A stretch of 64,000 nucleotides of DNA from an uncultured Anaerolineaceae bacterium (GCA_964652205.1 CAZZAO010000003.1:15196-79195); one strand, 5' to 3'. Positions 53,135 through 62,276 are shown, numbered from the stretch's first letter. A program made the numbers and translations. Notes: generated by a model from the letters alone, not told the origin.

Positions 53135-56100
53135 GTGAGAGGAAGCACCGGCATGGGTGCGCGCGCCAGAAAAGCCTTACCTGATCTAACCGATCTGCAA
53201 ACCGGCGAAGCCCGCAGTCATCGCAGTCGATCTGCCGCTGCGGTTAGCTCGCCGCGCCTCGACGTCCTGATCGAACAAATCGACGTCGGCCTGATCTTCA
53301 CCGACGATGTCGGGCGCATTATCATCAGCAACAGCGCGTTTCGCCGCCTGTTCAACCTCAAGTCGACTCGCGCCGCCTTCGGCCAGCGCCTGACCGACCT
53401 GATCGCCGCCAGTCGTGGCGCAGTCGGGCGGCCTTCCATGCTTGCAGCGCAGATCGCCGACATTCAATCGGCGCAGCAGCCGGTCGATGCGCTGGAATTT
53501 ACGCTGACCGGGGGCCGGTTAGCGCGAGCGCAGTATCAGCCGGTCACGTCCGATCAGGTGACGCTCGGCGCGCTCTGGCTGCTTCAGGAAACCGATGACC
53601 GCCTCGACCCGGCCCGGCTGAACCCTCTCAGCAGCGCGCTCGACCATGCGCCGATGATCGTCTTTGCGCTCGACGCCCGGCCCGGCGACGATCAAGCTGC
53701 CGACGATCCGCCGCTCTACGAAATTCTTCGGGCCGCGCCGTCCCGAGTCGGCGAGCGAATCCTGAATGCCTTTGCCGGGCGGGATACCAGCCTGATCGTC
53801 GAATTCAAGCGCCGCGCCTACGATGTGCGCGTCACTCCCTTCCGCGATGACAGCGGCGTGGTCACGCGCCTGCTCGGCGTCGTCCACGACATCACCGAAC
53901 ACAAGCTGATGGAAGAATCGCTCCGGCGGCAGAACAGCTACCTGGCGATGCTCCACGAAACGACGCTCACGCTCGTCAACCGCCTCGACCTGCGCGACGT
54001 GCTTGAAGGGATCGTCATCCGCGCCGCCGCGATAGTCGGCAGCGAGCATGGCTACATCTATGTGGTCGATCCCGGCGGGCAGACGATCACTTCCCAGTTC
54101 GGCTGCGGGCTGTTTCAGAATTCCATCGGCTTCCAGATGCAGATCGGCGAAGGCATCGGCGGCAAGGTCTGCGCCAGCGGCCAGCCGCTCGTCGTGCCGG
54201 ATTACGAGACCTGGGACGGGCGCTCGCCCAACTGGCCGCGCGGGCTGTTCCACAGCGTCGCGGCAGTCCCGCTCAAGTCGGGCGAAGAAGTGACCGGCGC
54301 GATTGGCGTCGCCTATGCGGACTCCAGTCAGTCTTTCGACGAAAACGATCTGAAGGCGCTGGCGCAGTTCGCCGAGCTGGCGGCGATTGCCATCGACAAT
54401 GCCCGGCTCTACGCCTCGGCTCAGGGCGAGATCGCCGAACGCCGCCGCACCGAAGAAGCCCTGCGCAGCAGTGAAGCCCGCTATCGCTCGATGATCGCCG
54501 CGATGGCGGAAGGCGTGCTGCTCTACGACCTGCGCGGACGAATCACCGCCTCGAATGAGACAGCGCAGCGGCTGCTCGGCATGAGCGATAGTGAACTGCT
54601 CGGCCAGACGCCGGACGACCCGAGACCGTATTACATCCGTGAAGATGGCTCGGCCTTCCCCGGCGCGGAACACCCGGCCTCGGTGACGCTGCGTACCGGC
54701 AAGCCGCAGTCCAACGTCGTTATGGGCATTCATCCCCCCGAAGGGCCGGTGTCGTGGATCTCGGTCAATTCGCAGTTGGTATCCGATGCCGATGACCCGG
54801 CGCTGCGCTCAGTCGTGACCTCGTTCTCGGACATCACCGAGAGCCGACAGGCCGACGATGCCCTGCGCCGCAGCGAGCGGCGCAATATCGCCCTGCTCGA
54901 AGCCATTCCCGACATCATTCTGGTGCTGACACGCGCGGGCGTCTGCGTCGAATGCAAGCCCGACGACGCGGGGACGCTGATCGCTCCGCCTGACCAGCTT
55001 ATCGGCCAGCATCTCCACGACTTCCCGCTTGGCGCGGATGTCAACCGGCTGCTCCAAAATCATCTGGAGCGCACGCTGGTTTCCGGCAAGCTGGAAACCT
55101 TCATCTACGAGCAGCCCGCGACCAACGGCCATTATGAAGCGCGCATGGTCGCCCTGAACGGCGAGGAAGCGCTGTGCATCATCCGCGACGTCACCGACCA
55201 GCGCTCCGCCGAGATTGAATTGAATAAGCGACTCGACGTGCTGGCTGCGCTCCAGCAGGTCGACGCCGAGGTGACGCAGACGCTCAATATCGATTACGTG
55301 CTGGCGGTCGCGCTCGACGCCACGCTGCGCCTGAGTAACGCCAACGCAGGCTTCATCGCGCTGGTCGAAGGCGAGCAGATTCAGGTGGCGCAGGCGATTG
55401 GCCGCTACCCGCTCGAACCGGACAAGTCCGACCCGCTGCGCCTGCGCGAAGGGATCGTCGGTCGAGTCGTCCGTACCCGCCGCGCCGCCCTGATCCCCGA
55501 CGTCTTCGAGGACGGCGATTACATCCCCGTCCTGCCGACGACGCGCGCGCAGATGGTCATCCCGCTCGTCTCGCACGATAGGCTGGTTGGCGTGCTCAAT
55601 CTGGAAACCAACCAGATCGGGCGCTTCAACGCTGAGCTGTTCAAGTTCCTTGAGCTGCTGACCGCGCGGATTGCCGTCGCCATCGACAACGCGCGGCTCT
55701 ATCAGGTCTCGCAGACGCAGCTAACCCAGTTGAAAGACCTCTACAATCAGGTCAGCGAACTGGAGCAGCTCAAAACGCAGATGATCCGCATCGCCGCCCA
55801 CGACCTGCGCAGCCCGCTCGGCGTCGTCAGCGGCTACATTTCGCTGCTCGAAGAAGAACTCGGCAGCGACCTGATCGAGCAGCACCGCGCCTACTTCGGC
55901 CCGATCCACCGCGCCATCAACCGGATGCAGCGCATGACGACCGATGTGCTGTCGCTGGAGCGAATCCACGCCGCGCAGGCGCGTGACTGGCAGGACATGA
56001 GCCTGCGTGATCTGGTCGAGCGGGCGGTACTCGATCAGCGCGACCAGAGTACCAGCGCCGAATTAGAGATGCGCGTTGAGATGCCGACCGACGACATCGT

Positions 56101-56482
56101 GCTGCGCGCCGACCCGGTGCAGCTTTACGAGGCCGTGACCAACCTGATTAACAACGCGATCAAGTACACGCCTAAAGGCGGCACAGTGACCGTGCGCCTG
56201 TTCGAGGATGGACAAAACGCCATCTTCGCCGTCCGGGATACCGGCATGGGCGTGCCGGAAGAATATCGCGCCGGGCTGTTCCGCCCGTTCTACCGCGTCA
56301 AGACGCAGGAGACGAAGGACATCGACGGAACCGGGCTGGGGCTGTATCTGGTCAAGGGAATCATCGAGCGGCATAATGGCACGATGCTGTTCGAGTCGGA
56401 GCATGGCAAAGGCAGCCTGTTTGGTTTCCAACTGCCGCTCGCCGGGCCAGAGACAGCGCCGATTGAGGAAACGCCGACATGA
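53135..56482 (+). CDS. Multi-sensor hybrid-type histidine kinase (PAS/GAF x several, HisKA, HATPase_c), no receiver domain
   Basis: 1115 aa. At least two GAF-like regions (...IAIDNARLYASAQ..., ...VAIDNARLYQVSQ...) and two or three PAS regions (SEARYRSMIAAMAEGVLLYD..., SERRNIALLEAIPDIILVL...). H-box IAAHDLRSPLGVV. N-box NLINNAIKYTPKGG. G-boxes DTGMGV and GTGLGLYLV. The start could be GTG 53135 or ATG 53153. Confidence 0.9.
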   Translation: MRGSTGMGARARKALPDLTDLQTGEARSHRSRSAAAVSSPRLDVLIEQIDVGLIFTDDVGRIIISNSAFRRLFNLKSTRAAFGQRLTDLIAASRGAVGRPSMLAAQIADIQSAQQPVDALEFTLTGGRLARAQYQPVTSDQVTLGALWLLQETDDRLDPARLNPLSSALDHAPMIVFALDARPGDDQAADDPPLYEILRAAPSRVGERILNAFAGRDTSLIVEFKRRAYDVRVTPFRDDSGVVTRLLGVVHDITEHKLMEESLRRQNSYLAMLHETTLTLVNRLDLRDVLEGIVIRAAAIVGSEHGYIYVVDPGGQTITSQFGCGLFQNSIGFQMQIGEGIGGKVCASGQPLVVPDYETWDGRSPNWPRGLFHSVAAVPLKSGEEVTGAIGVAYADSSQSFDENDLKALAQFAELAAIAIDNARLYASAQGEIAERRRTEEALRSSEARYRSMIAAMAEGVLLYDLRGRITASNETAQRLLGMSDSELLGQTPDDPRPYYIREDGSAFPGAEHPASVTLRTGKPQSNVVMGIHPPEGPVSWISVNSQLVSDADDPALRSVVTSFSDITESRQADDALRRSERRNIALLEAIPDIILVLTRAGVCVECKPDDAGTLIAPPDQLIGQHLHDFPLGADVNRLLQNHLERTLVSGKLETFIYEQPATNGHYEARMVALNGEEALCIIRDVTDQRSAEIELNKRLDVLAALQQVDAEVTQTLNIDYVLAVALDATLRLSNANAGFIALVEGEQIQVAQAIGRYPLEPDKSDPLRLREGIVGRVVRTRRAALIPDVFEDGDYIPVLPTTRAQMVIPLVSHDRLVGVLNLETNQIGRFNAELFKFLELLTARIAVAIDNARLYQVSQTQLTQLKDLYNQVSELEQLKTQMIRIAAHDLRSPLGVVSGYISLLEEELGSDLIEQHRAYFGPIHRAINRMQRMTTDVLSLERIHAAQARDWQDMSLRDLVERAVLDQRDQSTSAELEMRVEMPTDDIVLRADPVQLYEAVTNLINNAIKYTPKGGTVTVRLFEDGQNAIFAVRDTGMGVPEEYRAGLFRPFYRVKTQETKDIDGTGLGLYLVKGIIERHNGTMLFESEHGKGSLFGFQLPLAGPETAPIEETPT

Positions 56483-56880
56483 CCGACAACTCGCCGGATA
56501 TGGAACTGATTAACCGCGTCCAGCAGGCGCGCATGGCGCACGACGCCGAAGCTGTCCCCTCGCAGGCGGCGGGAGTCTACTGGATCGAGGCTAAACGGCA
56601 GGCGGCTGGCCCCGGCCCGACGCCGCGCGCCGGTCACTGGCGCATCGTCACCACGGCAGCCGAGGTCGATCTGCTCTGGGCGCGCATCAAGGCCGCGACC
56701 GAAGCCGGGCTGCTCGGCTATAAGGCGAAGGTCACGACCGCCTCGCGCAGCGGTCAGGCCGACGAGCGCGAAATCCACGTCGTCACCTACGACGCTGACG
56801 ACGGCGCGGACGTCGCCCGCGTCCGCGCGGCGCTCATGGCCCTCGGCATCCGTGAGAAACTTGCTTATCAGGTGAGCTAG
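56479..56880 (+). CDS. DUF1917 / Bles03-like ('putative phosphothreonine lyase domain') small protein
   Basis: 133 aa. ATGA overlap with the kinase stop codon. GHWRIVTTAAEVDLLWARIKAATEAGLLGYKAKVTT...EIHVVTYDADDGADVARVRAALMALG matches the family pattern G-x-W...VD..W..I......G.LG...KV......I.VYT.D..D...V.RV...L...G, as I recall it. Confidence 0.7.
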   Translation: MTDNSPDMELINRVQQARMAHDAEAVPSQAAGVYWIEAKRQAAGPGPTPRAGHWRIVTTAAEVDLLWARIKAATEAGLLGYKAKVTTASRSGQADEREIHVVTYDADDGADVARVRAALMALGIREKLAYQVS

Positions 56881-57026
56881 CGCGACTTTCTGACTGAATC
56901 CGGTCGCTGTTGCCGGAGCCTGAAAGCCAGCTCACAAGTCATCCGGTTGAAGCGTTTCTGCCGGACTGTTGAGGCTGCCGGGTGGCTTCTGACCCCCGGC
57001 CTGTAACGAGCGGAGAGGCTCAACCT

Positions 57027-58496
57027 TTGTCCATCTTCCGCGATGCAGCACTTCAACCTGAACAATCGACGCCGCTCTACCAGCAGTTGTACAACTACCT
57101 GCGCGCGGCCATCCTCTCCGGCCAACTGGCGCAGGGGATGAAAGTGCCATCAACGCGGATGCTGGCCGACGAGCTGGGCATCTCGCGCAATACCGTCCTC
57201 GGCGCTTACGATCAACTGCTGGCCGAGGGCTATCTCGAATCCATCGAGGGGCGCGGAACCTTCGTCACCCGTGTGCTGCCAGAGCAGTACCTCGACGGTG
57301 GGCCGCGCGAGCCTCGCGCCCGCCGCCCCGCGCCAACCGCGCATCGCATCTCGCGGCGAGCGCAGGCGGTCGTCGATGCGCCGTCGATGTCCGAGCCGCG
57401 TCAGGAACGCCGCGCGCTCAACGCCTTTCAGACCGGGCTGCCCGCGCTTGAGCAGTTCCCGTTCGACCTGTGGGGCAAGCTGGTCGCGCGCCATGCCCAT
57501 CGGCTGACGCCGCAGGCCATGAACTATCAGGACGTGGCGGGTTATCGACCGCTGCGCGAGGCGATTGCCCGCCATGTGATCGTCGCCCGGCAGGTGCGCT
57601 GCGTGCCGGAACAGGTGCTGATCGTCAGCGGCTCGCAGGGCGGACTCGACGTGGCGGCGCGCGTCCTGCTCGATCCGGGCGACGCCGCGTGGATCGAAGA
57701 CCCCGGCTATCTCGGCGGGCGTAACGCGCTGCTGGCCGCCGGCGCGCGGCTGATCCCGGTTCCGGTCGACCGCGACGGCCTGATCGTCAGCGCCGGAATC
57801 GAGCGCGCGCCGCGCGCCCGCGTCGCCTACCTGACGCCGTCGCACCAGTTCCCGCTCGGTGTCACGCTCAGTCTGCGCCGTCGGCTGGCGCTGCTCGACT
57901 GGGCGCGCCACGCCGGAGCCTATCTCCTCGAAGATGATTACGACAGCGAGTATCGCTTCGCCGGTCGGCCCGTCGCGTCGCTGCAAGGGCTGGACGGCGG
58001 CGAGCGCGTGATCTACGTCGGCACGTTCAGCAAGGTGCTGTTCCCGGCGCTGCGAATCGGCTACTTGATCGTGCCGCCGGAGCTGGCCGACGCCTTCGTC
58101 GCCATGCGCCGCGCGACGAACTATCACCTGCCCTATCTCGAACAGGCCGTCGTCGCCGACTTCATCGCCGAGGGCCACTTCGCCCGCCACATCCGCCGGA
58201 TGCGGACGCTCTACAGCCAGCGCCGCGCGGCCCTGCTCGACGCCGCCCGCGCACTGCCGCTGGAAATTGACGCGCCTCAGGCCGGGATGCATCTGGTCGG
58301 CTGGCTGCCAGCGGCTCTGGACGATGAACGCGCCTTCACGCACGCGGCGGCGCATCAGGTGGCGACGCTGCCCGTCTCGCGCTTCGCGCTGGAACCGACC
58401 CGCGCCGGTCTGATCCTCGGCTACGCGGCGGTCGATGAAGCCGAAATCTCCAGCGCGGCGCAGCGTCTCGCGGCGGCGCTCGCCGAGTTGGCGTGA
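57027..58496 (+). CDS. MocR/PdxR-subfamily GntR transcriptional regulator with a fold-type I aminotransferase-like domain
   Basis: Start taken at TTG 57027 with GGAGAGG 8 nt upstream. The track gives GTG 56982. N-terminal PLYQQLYNYLRAAILSGQLAQGMKVPSTRMLADELGISRNTVLGAYDQLLAEGYLES. The C-terminal aminotransferase domain carries the PLP lysine context (YVGTFSKVLFPALRIGY). Confidence 0.9.
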   Translation: MSIFRDAALQPEQSTPLYQQLYNYLRAAILSGQLAQGMKVPSTRMLADELGISRNTVLGAYDQLLAEGYLESIEGRGTFVTRVLPEQYLDGGPREPRARRPAPTAHRISRRAQAVVDAPSMSEPRQERRALNAFQTGLPALEQFPFDLWGKLVARHAHRLTPQAMNYQDVAGYRPLREAIARHVIVARQVRCVPEQVLIVSGSQGGLDVAARVLLDPGDAAWIEDPGYLGGRNALLAAGARLIPVPVDRDGLIVSAGIERAPRARVAYLTPSHQFPLGVTLSLRRRLALLDWARHAGAYLLEDDYDSEYRFAGRPVASLQGLDGGERVIYVGTFSKVLFPALRIGYLIVPPELADAFVAMRRATNYHLPYLEQAVVADFIAEGHFARHIRRMRTLYSQRRAALLDAARALPLEIDAPQAGMHLVGWLPAALDDERAFTHAAAHQVATLPVSRFALEPTRAGLILGYAAVDEAEISSAAQRLAAALAELA

Positions 58497-58596
58497 GCTG
58501 CTTTTACCTGTCATGTCCGCGCCAGCGTTCAGCGCCCACCCAACAAAAAAGGGGCATGATGCCTCATGCCCCTGCGGAAAACTGCGCGCGTGGAGA

Positions 58597-59079
58597 TCAG
58601 GTCGCGGCGGGCTGACGCTCGGCGCGCGGCTCTGGCTCATAGCTGCCGGGGACGCTGCGGAAGCCGACGCCGAAGCGATTCCAGCTATTGATAATGGTGA
58701 TCGCCAGCGTCAGATCGACCAGGTCCTTGTCATTGAACTGCTGGCGCACCTGCTCATAGACCTCGTCCGAGGCGCGCGACTCCGGCAGCAGCGTCAGCGC
58801 TTCCGTCCAGAGCAGGGCGGCGCGCTCGCGTTCGGTGTAGAACGGCGTCTCTTCCCAGACACTGACGGCGTACAGCCGCTGCTCGGTTTCGCCAGCGAGA
58901 CGCGCGTCTTTGGTGTGCATATCGACGCAGTAGGCGCAGCCATTGAGCTGCGAGGAACGCAGGCGCACCAGTTCCAGCAGCGCCGGTTCCAGATTAGTTG
59001 TGCGGATGTAGGCTCCGAGGCCGCTCATCGCCTTCATCGCGCCGGGGGCAATGGCGGAATAATCGAGTCGCGCTTTCAT
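58597..59079 (-). CDS. Carboxymuconolactone decarboxylase/AhpD-like family protein (alkylhydroperoxidase-like)
   Basis: Start taken at ATG 59079 (MKARLDYSAIAPGAMKAM), with GAGGAGA upstream. CxxC-type motif in LRSSQLNGCAYCVDMH. Confidence 0.85.
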   Translation of the reverse strand: MKARLDYSAIAPGAMKAMSGLGAYIRTTNLEPALLELVRLRSSQLNGCAYCVDMHTKDARLAGETEQRLYAVSVWEETPFYTERERAALLWTEALTLLPESRASDEVYEQVRQQFNDKDLVDLTLAITIINSWNRFGVGFRSVPGSYEPEPRAERQPAAT

Positions 59080-59186
59080 GTCTCTACTCTCCTCTAACTC
59101 AGTCGGTGTGAGTCTAGCATACGGCCATTCGTGGTCTGGGAAAAGCGCCAGTTCTGTCCTTATCCGTAGTACCACGCTGACCGGGG

Positions 59187-59453
59187 CTAGTCTTCGTCCG
59201 TCTCCGAGTTGATGATGTCATAAACCGCGTCGAGCAGGTCGTCAGCGTTTTCGAGCATGTCGAGCGCGCCCTCGTCGTTCGATTGCAGCAGCAGCATCGC
59301 CGCGTCGAGCAGCGCCGCCGTGGCCTGTGTTATCAGCGAGGCCACGTCCTGATAATCATGCTCGACGATCAGGTTATCGACGACCTTCTGCGCGGCGACG
59401 GTCGCCGTCCGCGCCTGTTCGAGTAGATGAATCGCTTCGCTTGAAGTGCTCAT
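59187..59453 (-). CDS. Small acidic helical protein, function unknown
   Basis: 88 aa. RBS AAAGGGAA. High GC3. Lies 12 nt downstream of the RraA-like gene on the same strand. I recognise no family. Confidence 0.55.
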   Translation of the reverse strand: MSTSSEAIHLLEQARTATVAAQKVVDNLIVEHDYQDVASLITQATAALLDAAMLLLQSNDEGALDMLENADDLLDAVYDIINSETDED

Positions 59454-59465
59454 GACAGTTCCCTT

Positions 59466-60086
59466 TCATGATTTACCGCGCAGATTGAGAAGATCGAGGG
59501 TCAGCGCTCCGGCGCGAAGCTGCGCCAGCATGGCCGTCTCGCGGGCGAGCCGGGCGTCCGCGCCCGCCAGCACCGATTCAGCGGCGTCGGCCTGAATCAC
59601 AACCACGCCGTCGTCGTCGCCTAGCAGAAGATCGCCGGAGCGGATCAACGCGCCGCCGAGCGTCAGCGGCTCTCCAAGAATGCCCGGCCACTGCTTGACC
59701 GTCCCGGCAATGGCGACGCCCGCGCAGTAGATCGGGAAACCGAGCGCCCGCACCGCCGCGACATCGCGCACTGCGCCGTCGGTGACGAGGCCGCGCACGC
59801 CGCGCGCCTGCGCCGCCGTCGCCAGAATCTCGCCCCAGAAGCCTCTATCGACGCAGCCGCCGGTCGAGACGACCAGCACCGAGCCGGGCGGGACGAGTTC
59901 GAGCGCCCGATGCACCGGCAGATTATCCCCCGGCGCGGTCATAACGGTGTAGGCCGTTCCGACCAGCGCAGCCGGTCGGTAGAGCGGCGCGATCCCCGGC
60001 GCGAGCGCCCGCACCGCGTCGGAAACCTCAAACAGCGTCGGCGTGGCGTGCGCCCCCAATCGCTCGATCAGTTCAGTTCGCTCCAT
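59466..60086 (-). CDS. RraA-family protein (RNase E regulator-like / 4-hydroxy-4-methyl-2-oxoglutarate aldolase-like)
   Basis: About 206 aa. ...GSVLVVSTGGCVDRGFWGEILATAAQARGVRGLVTDGAVRDV...FPIYCAG... is typical of RraA/HMG aldolase. Start is either ATG 60086 or GTG 60089. Confidence 0.85.
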   Translation of the reverse strand: MERTELIERLGAHATPTLFEVSDAVRALAPGIAPLYRPAALVGTAYTVMTAPGDNLPVHRALELVPPGSVLVVSTGGCVDRGFWGEILATAAQARGVRGLVTDGAVRDVAAVRALGFPIYCAGVAIAGTVKQWPGILGEPLTLGGALIRSGDLLLGDDDGVVVIQADAAESVLAGADARLARETAMLAQLRAGALTLDLLNLRGKS

Positions 60087-60180
60087 CACTATCGGGTTCC
60101 TTTCCTGACCAGCCCTGTCGCTTTCGACCGCCGGTACTCAGCGCCTGCTTAAGGCGAGAGAACGCGCGTTGTCTATTATA

Positions 60181-60406
60181 GGGCGCGATTGGTCGCGCCC
60201 GCTGACCTCACCCCCGGCTCCCTCACCCCCGGCTCCCTCACCCCCGGCCCCCTCACCCTCGGCTCCCTCACTCCCGGCCCCTCTCCCGGTGGGAGAGGGG
60301 AGAAAGGACAAAGCCGCGACGGTTCGTATCCGCTCCCCCTCTCCGTAAACGGAGAGGGGGCCAGGGGGTGAGGTCGTCTTCCGTCGGGGCGCGATTGGTC
60401 GCGCCC
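60181..60406. repeat. Composite palindromic intergenic element: two identical 20-bp hairpins flanking a 15-bp tandem repeat (x5) and two 10-bp-stem GGAGAGGGG hairpins
   Basis: GGGCGCGATTGGTCGCGCCC at 60181..60200 and 60387..60406. (CCTCACCCCCGGCTC)x5 with small variations at 60206..60280. CCCCTCTCCC-GGT-GGGAGAGGGG and CCCCCTCTCC-GTAAAC-GGAGAGGGGG follow. The 3' part (GGCCAGGGGGTGAGG) is complementary to the tandem unit. Confidence 0.9.
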
Positions 60407-60614
60407 ATCAGGTAAAATTGCTTGTTCAGGATCATCATCCATCGCTCCCCTGTTCAGTTATCCCTGAAATAACAGGACAATTGCCGTGGTCATCATGGGA
60501 ACAGCAGAACCTGTTATACTTCGTCGTTAAATGAGTATTATGCTGGCATGATGCGTCGCTGTTCCCCCTCATCGCTGTCAACGTCACAGGGAAGCCCTCT
60601 GCCCTTGAAGTCTG

Positions 60615-61037
60615 ATGGAGAACATCGCTATGATGATGGTCGATCCTGAATTTATGGGCAGCAGCATTCTGCTGATTGACGACGACGAAGCGCTGCGCAC
60701 GACCGTTGTTCAGATGCTCGAATTTGCCGGATTCCACGCCATCGGCGCGTCGAGCGCCGCGCTTGGCTTGCAACTGACCGCTGAACAGCCCTTCCGGCTG
60801 ATCCTGACCGACCTGATGATGCCGGAAATGGACGGCTATACGCTGATCGCCGAGCTGAAGAAAACGCCGCAAACCGCCCGCATCCCGATCATCGTGGCGA
60901 CCGGCAAGGCCGATCCGGTCGATCAGGAAGAAAGCCTGCGGCGCGGCGCGGCGGGCTATCTGGTCAAGCCGTTCAAGCTCGAAACCCTGCTCGCGGTGAT
61001 TCAGCAGACGATGCGCGCCGCCGAGTCGGCGACTTAA
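60615..61037 (+). CDS. Single-domain response regulator (CheY-like receiver)
   Basis: 140 aa. LLIDDDE..., phospho-acceptor context LILTDLMMPEMDG, and conserved T (VATG) and K (YLVKPF). Confidence 0.9.
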   Translation: MENIAMMMVDPEFMGSSILLIDDDEALRTTVVQMLEFAGFHAIGASSAALGLQLTAEQPFRLILTDLMMPEMDGYTLIAELKKTPQTARIPIIVATGKADPVDQEESLRRGAAGYLVKPFKLETLLAVIQQTMRAAESAT

Positions 61038-61043
61038 GCCGTC

Positions 61044-62033
61044 TCAGGGCGCGAAATCGACCACCTGCCCGCCCCGAATCGACGCCTCAGCCGCCTCAAT
61101 CAGCCTTTGCGCCATGACCGCGTCTTCCAGCGTCGATAACGGCGGTTGCCCGTTGAGCAGACACTGGCGCACGAAATAGTCGATCTCGTAGACGAAGCTT
61201 TCCTCGTAGGACGTATAGCGCCAGTCCATGCCCACGCCCTGCCGGGTCGATATCGAGTCGCGCCAGCTAAAGGTTCCACCGCCTTCGGTGCCGAGGACTT
61301 TATAACGGAAAGTGAACGGGTCGTTGGTCTGGTCATTGGCGGCAAAGGTGGCGAACAGCGTCGCCAGCGCGCCGTTGGGCATCTCGGCCACCAGCGCGTA
61401 CTGATCCTCGCGGTCGAGCGAGACTGGGCGCGTTTCCGTCACTATCGTCACCAGCCGTTTCGGCGTGCCGAGCAGATAGAGCAGCGAGTACAGATGATGA
61501 GTGGCGATCTGGCGCAGAATGCCGGGATAGCGCGCGGCGACAACGGGCGGATGATGGATAGCGTACAGAATCCACGCGGCGACGATCTGCCCGTAGTCGC
61601 CCGCGTCGATGTGCTGCTTGATCTGGCGAACGCCGGGGGTGTAGACGACGTTATGGCCGGGGACGCACAACTGGCCGCTCGCCTGCGCCGCGTCGAGGAT
61701 CGCCTGCACGTCCGCCACCGACGCGCCGACCGGCTTTTCGACCAGCACGGCCTTGCCCGCGTCCATTGCCCGCAGCGCCGGGTCGCGGTGAAACTCCATC
61801 GGCGTCGCCACGATCACGGCATCGACCGCCGGATCGCCGAGCAGTTCGTCGAGCGACCGCGCCGCCTTCGTCTCGAACTGGCGCGCCAGTGTCTCGGCCT
61901 GTTCGGGCCGCGCGTCGAAAATACCGATCAGAGTCGCCGCCGAGCAGGCGCGCACCCCGGCGGCATGAAGCTGCCCGGCGACGCCCGCGCCGACAATCGC
62001 AATGCCGATAGAAGCCGAGTCAGACATGGTCAA
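61044..62033 (-). CDS. Gfo/Idh/MocA-family NAD(P)-dependent oxidoreductase
   Basis: 329 aa. N-terminal Rossmann IGIAIVGAGVAGQLHA and the EKP motif (AVLVEKP). Confidence 0.9.
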   Translation of the reverse strand: MTMSDSASIGIAIVGAGVAGQLHAAGVRACSAATLIGIFDARPEQAETLARQFETKAARSLDELLGDPAVDAVIVATPMEFHRDPALRAMDAGKAVLVEKPVGASVADVQAILDAAQASGQLCVPGHNVVYTPGVRQIKQHIDAGDYGQIVAAWILYAIHHPPVVAARYPGILRQIATHHLYSLLYLLGTPKRLVTIVTETRPVSLDREDQYALVAEMPNGALATLFATFAANDQTNDPFTFRYKVLGTEGGGTFSWRDSISTRQGVGMDWRYTSYEESFVYEIDYFVRQCLLNGQPPLSTLEDAVMAQRLIEAAEASIRGGQVVDFAP

Positions 62034-62045
62034 CTCCAGAAGAAA

Positions 62046-62206
62046 GTGATGAGTGATGAAGTGATGAGTGATGAGTAAAAGATAGGACGAACAACAAGCT
62101 GGTTGATTCTTGCTTTTAACTCCTTACTCCTCCCTCTTTACTCCTTACTCATCACTCGTCACTCATCACTCCTCACTCCTCACTCCTCACTTCATCACTC
62201 CTCACT
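62046..62206. repeat. Inverted heptamer arrays: (GTGATGA)n at 62046..62076 and (TCATCAC/TCACTCC)n at about 62120..62206
   Basis: Read directly: GTGATGAGTGATGAAGTGATGAGTGATGAGT versus ...CTCATCACTCGTCACTCATCACTCCTCACTCCTCACTCCTCACTTCATCACTCCTCACTT. It lies in the divergent intergenic region between the oxidoreductase and the YkgJ-like gene. Confidence 0.9.
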
Positions 62207-62242
62207 TTTTCTACGCCCTTGAAGCGAGCCGGTCAACGGCCT

Positions 62243-62248
62243 TAGAAT
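62243..62248 (+). promoter_or_regulatory. Putative -10 hexamer (TAGAAT) upstream of the YkgJ-like gene
   Basis: 29 nt upstream of GTG 62277. Motif only. Confidence 0.25.
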
Positions 62249-62276
62249 CAGCATCCGAGTAGAAAGGATCATCACG

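Noticed and set aside
60290-60345. tRNA-like T-arm (GGTTCGTATCC) inside the 60181..60406 element
   Set aside because: The flanking bases give only 3 Watson-Crick pairs for a T-stem. No acceptor, D or anticodon arms could be built. The sequence is part of the GGAGAGGGG hairpin repeat.
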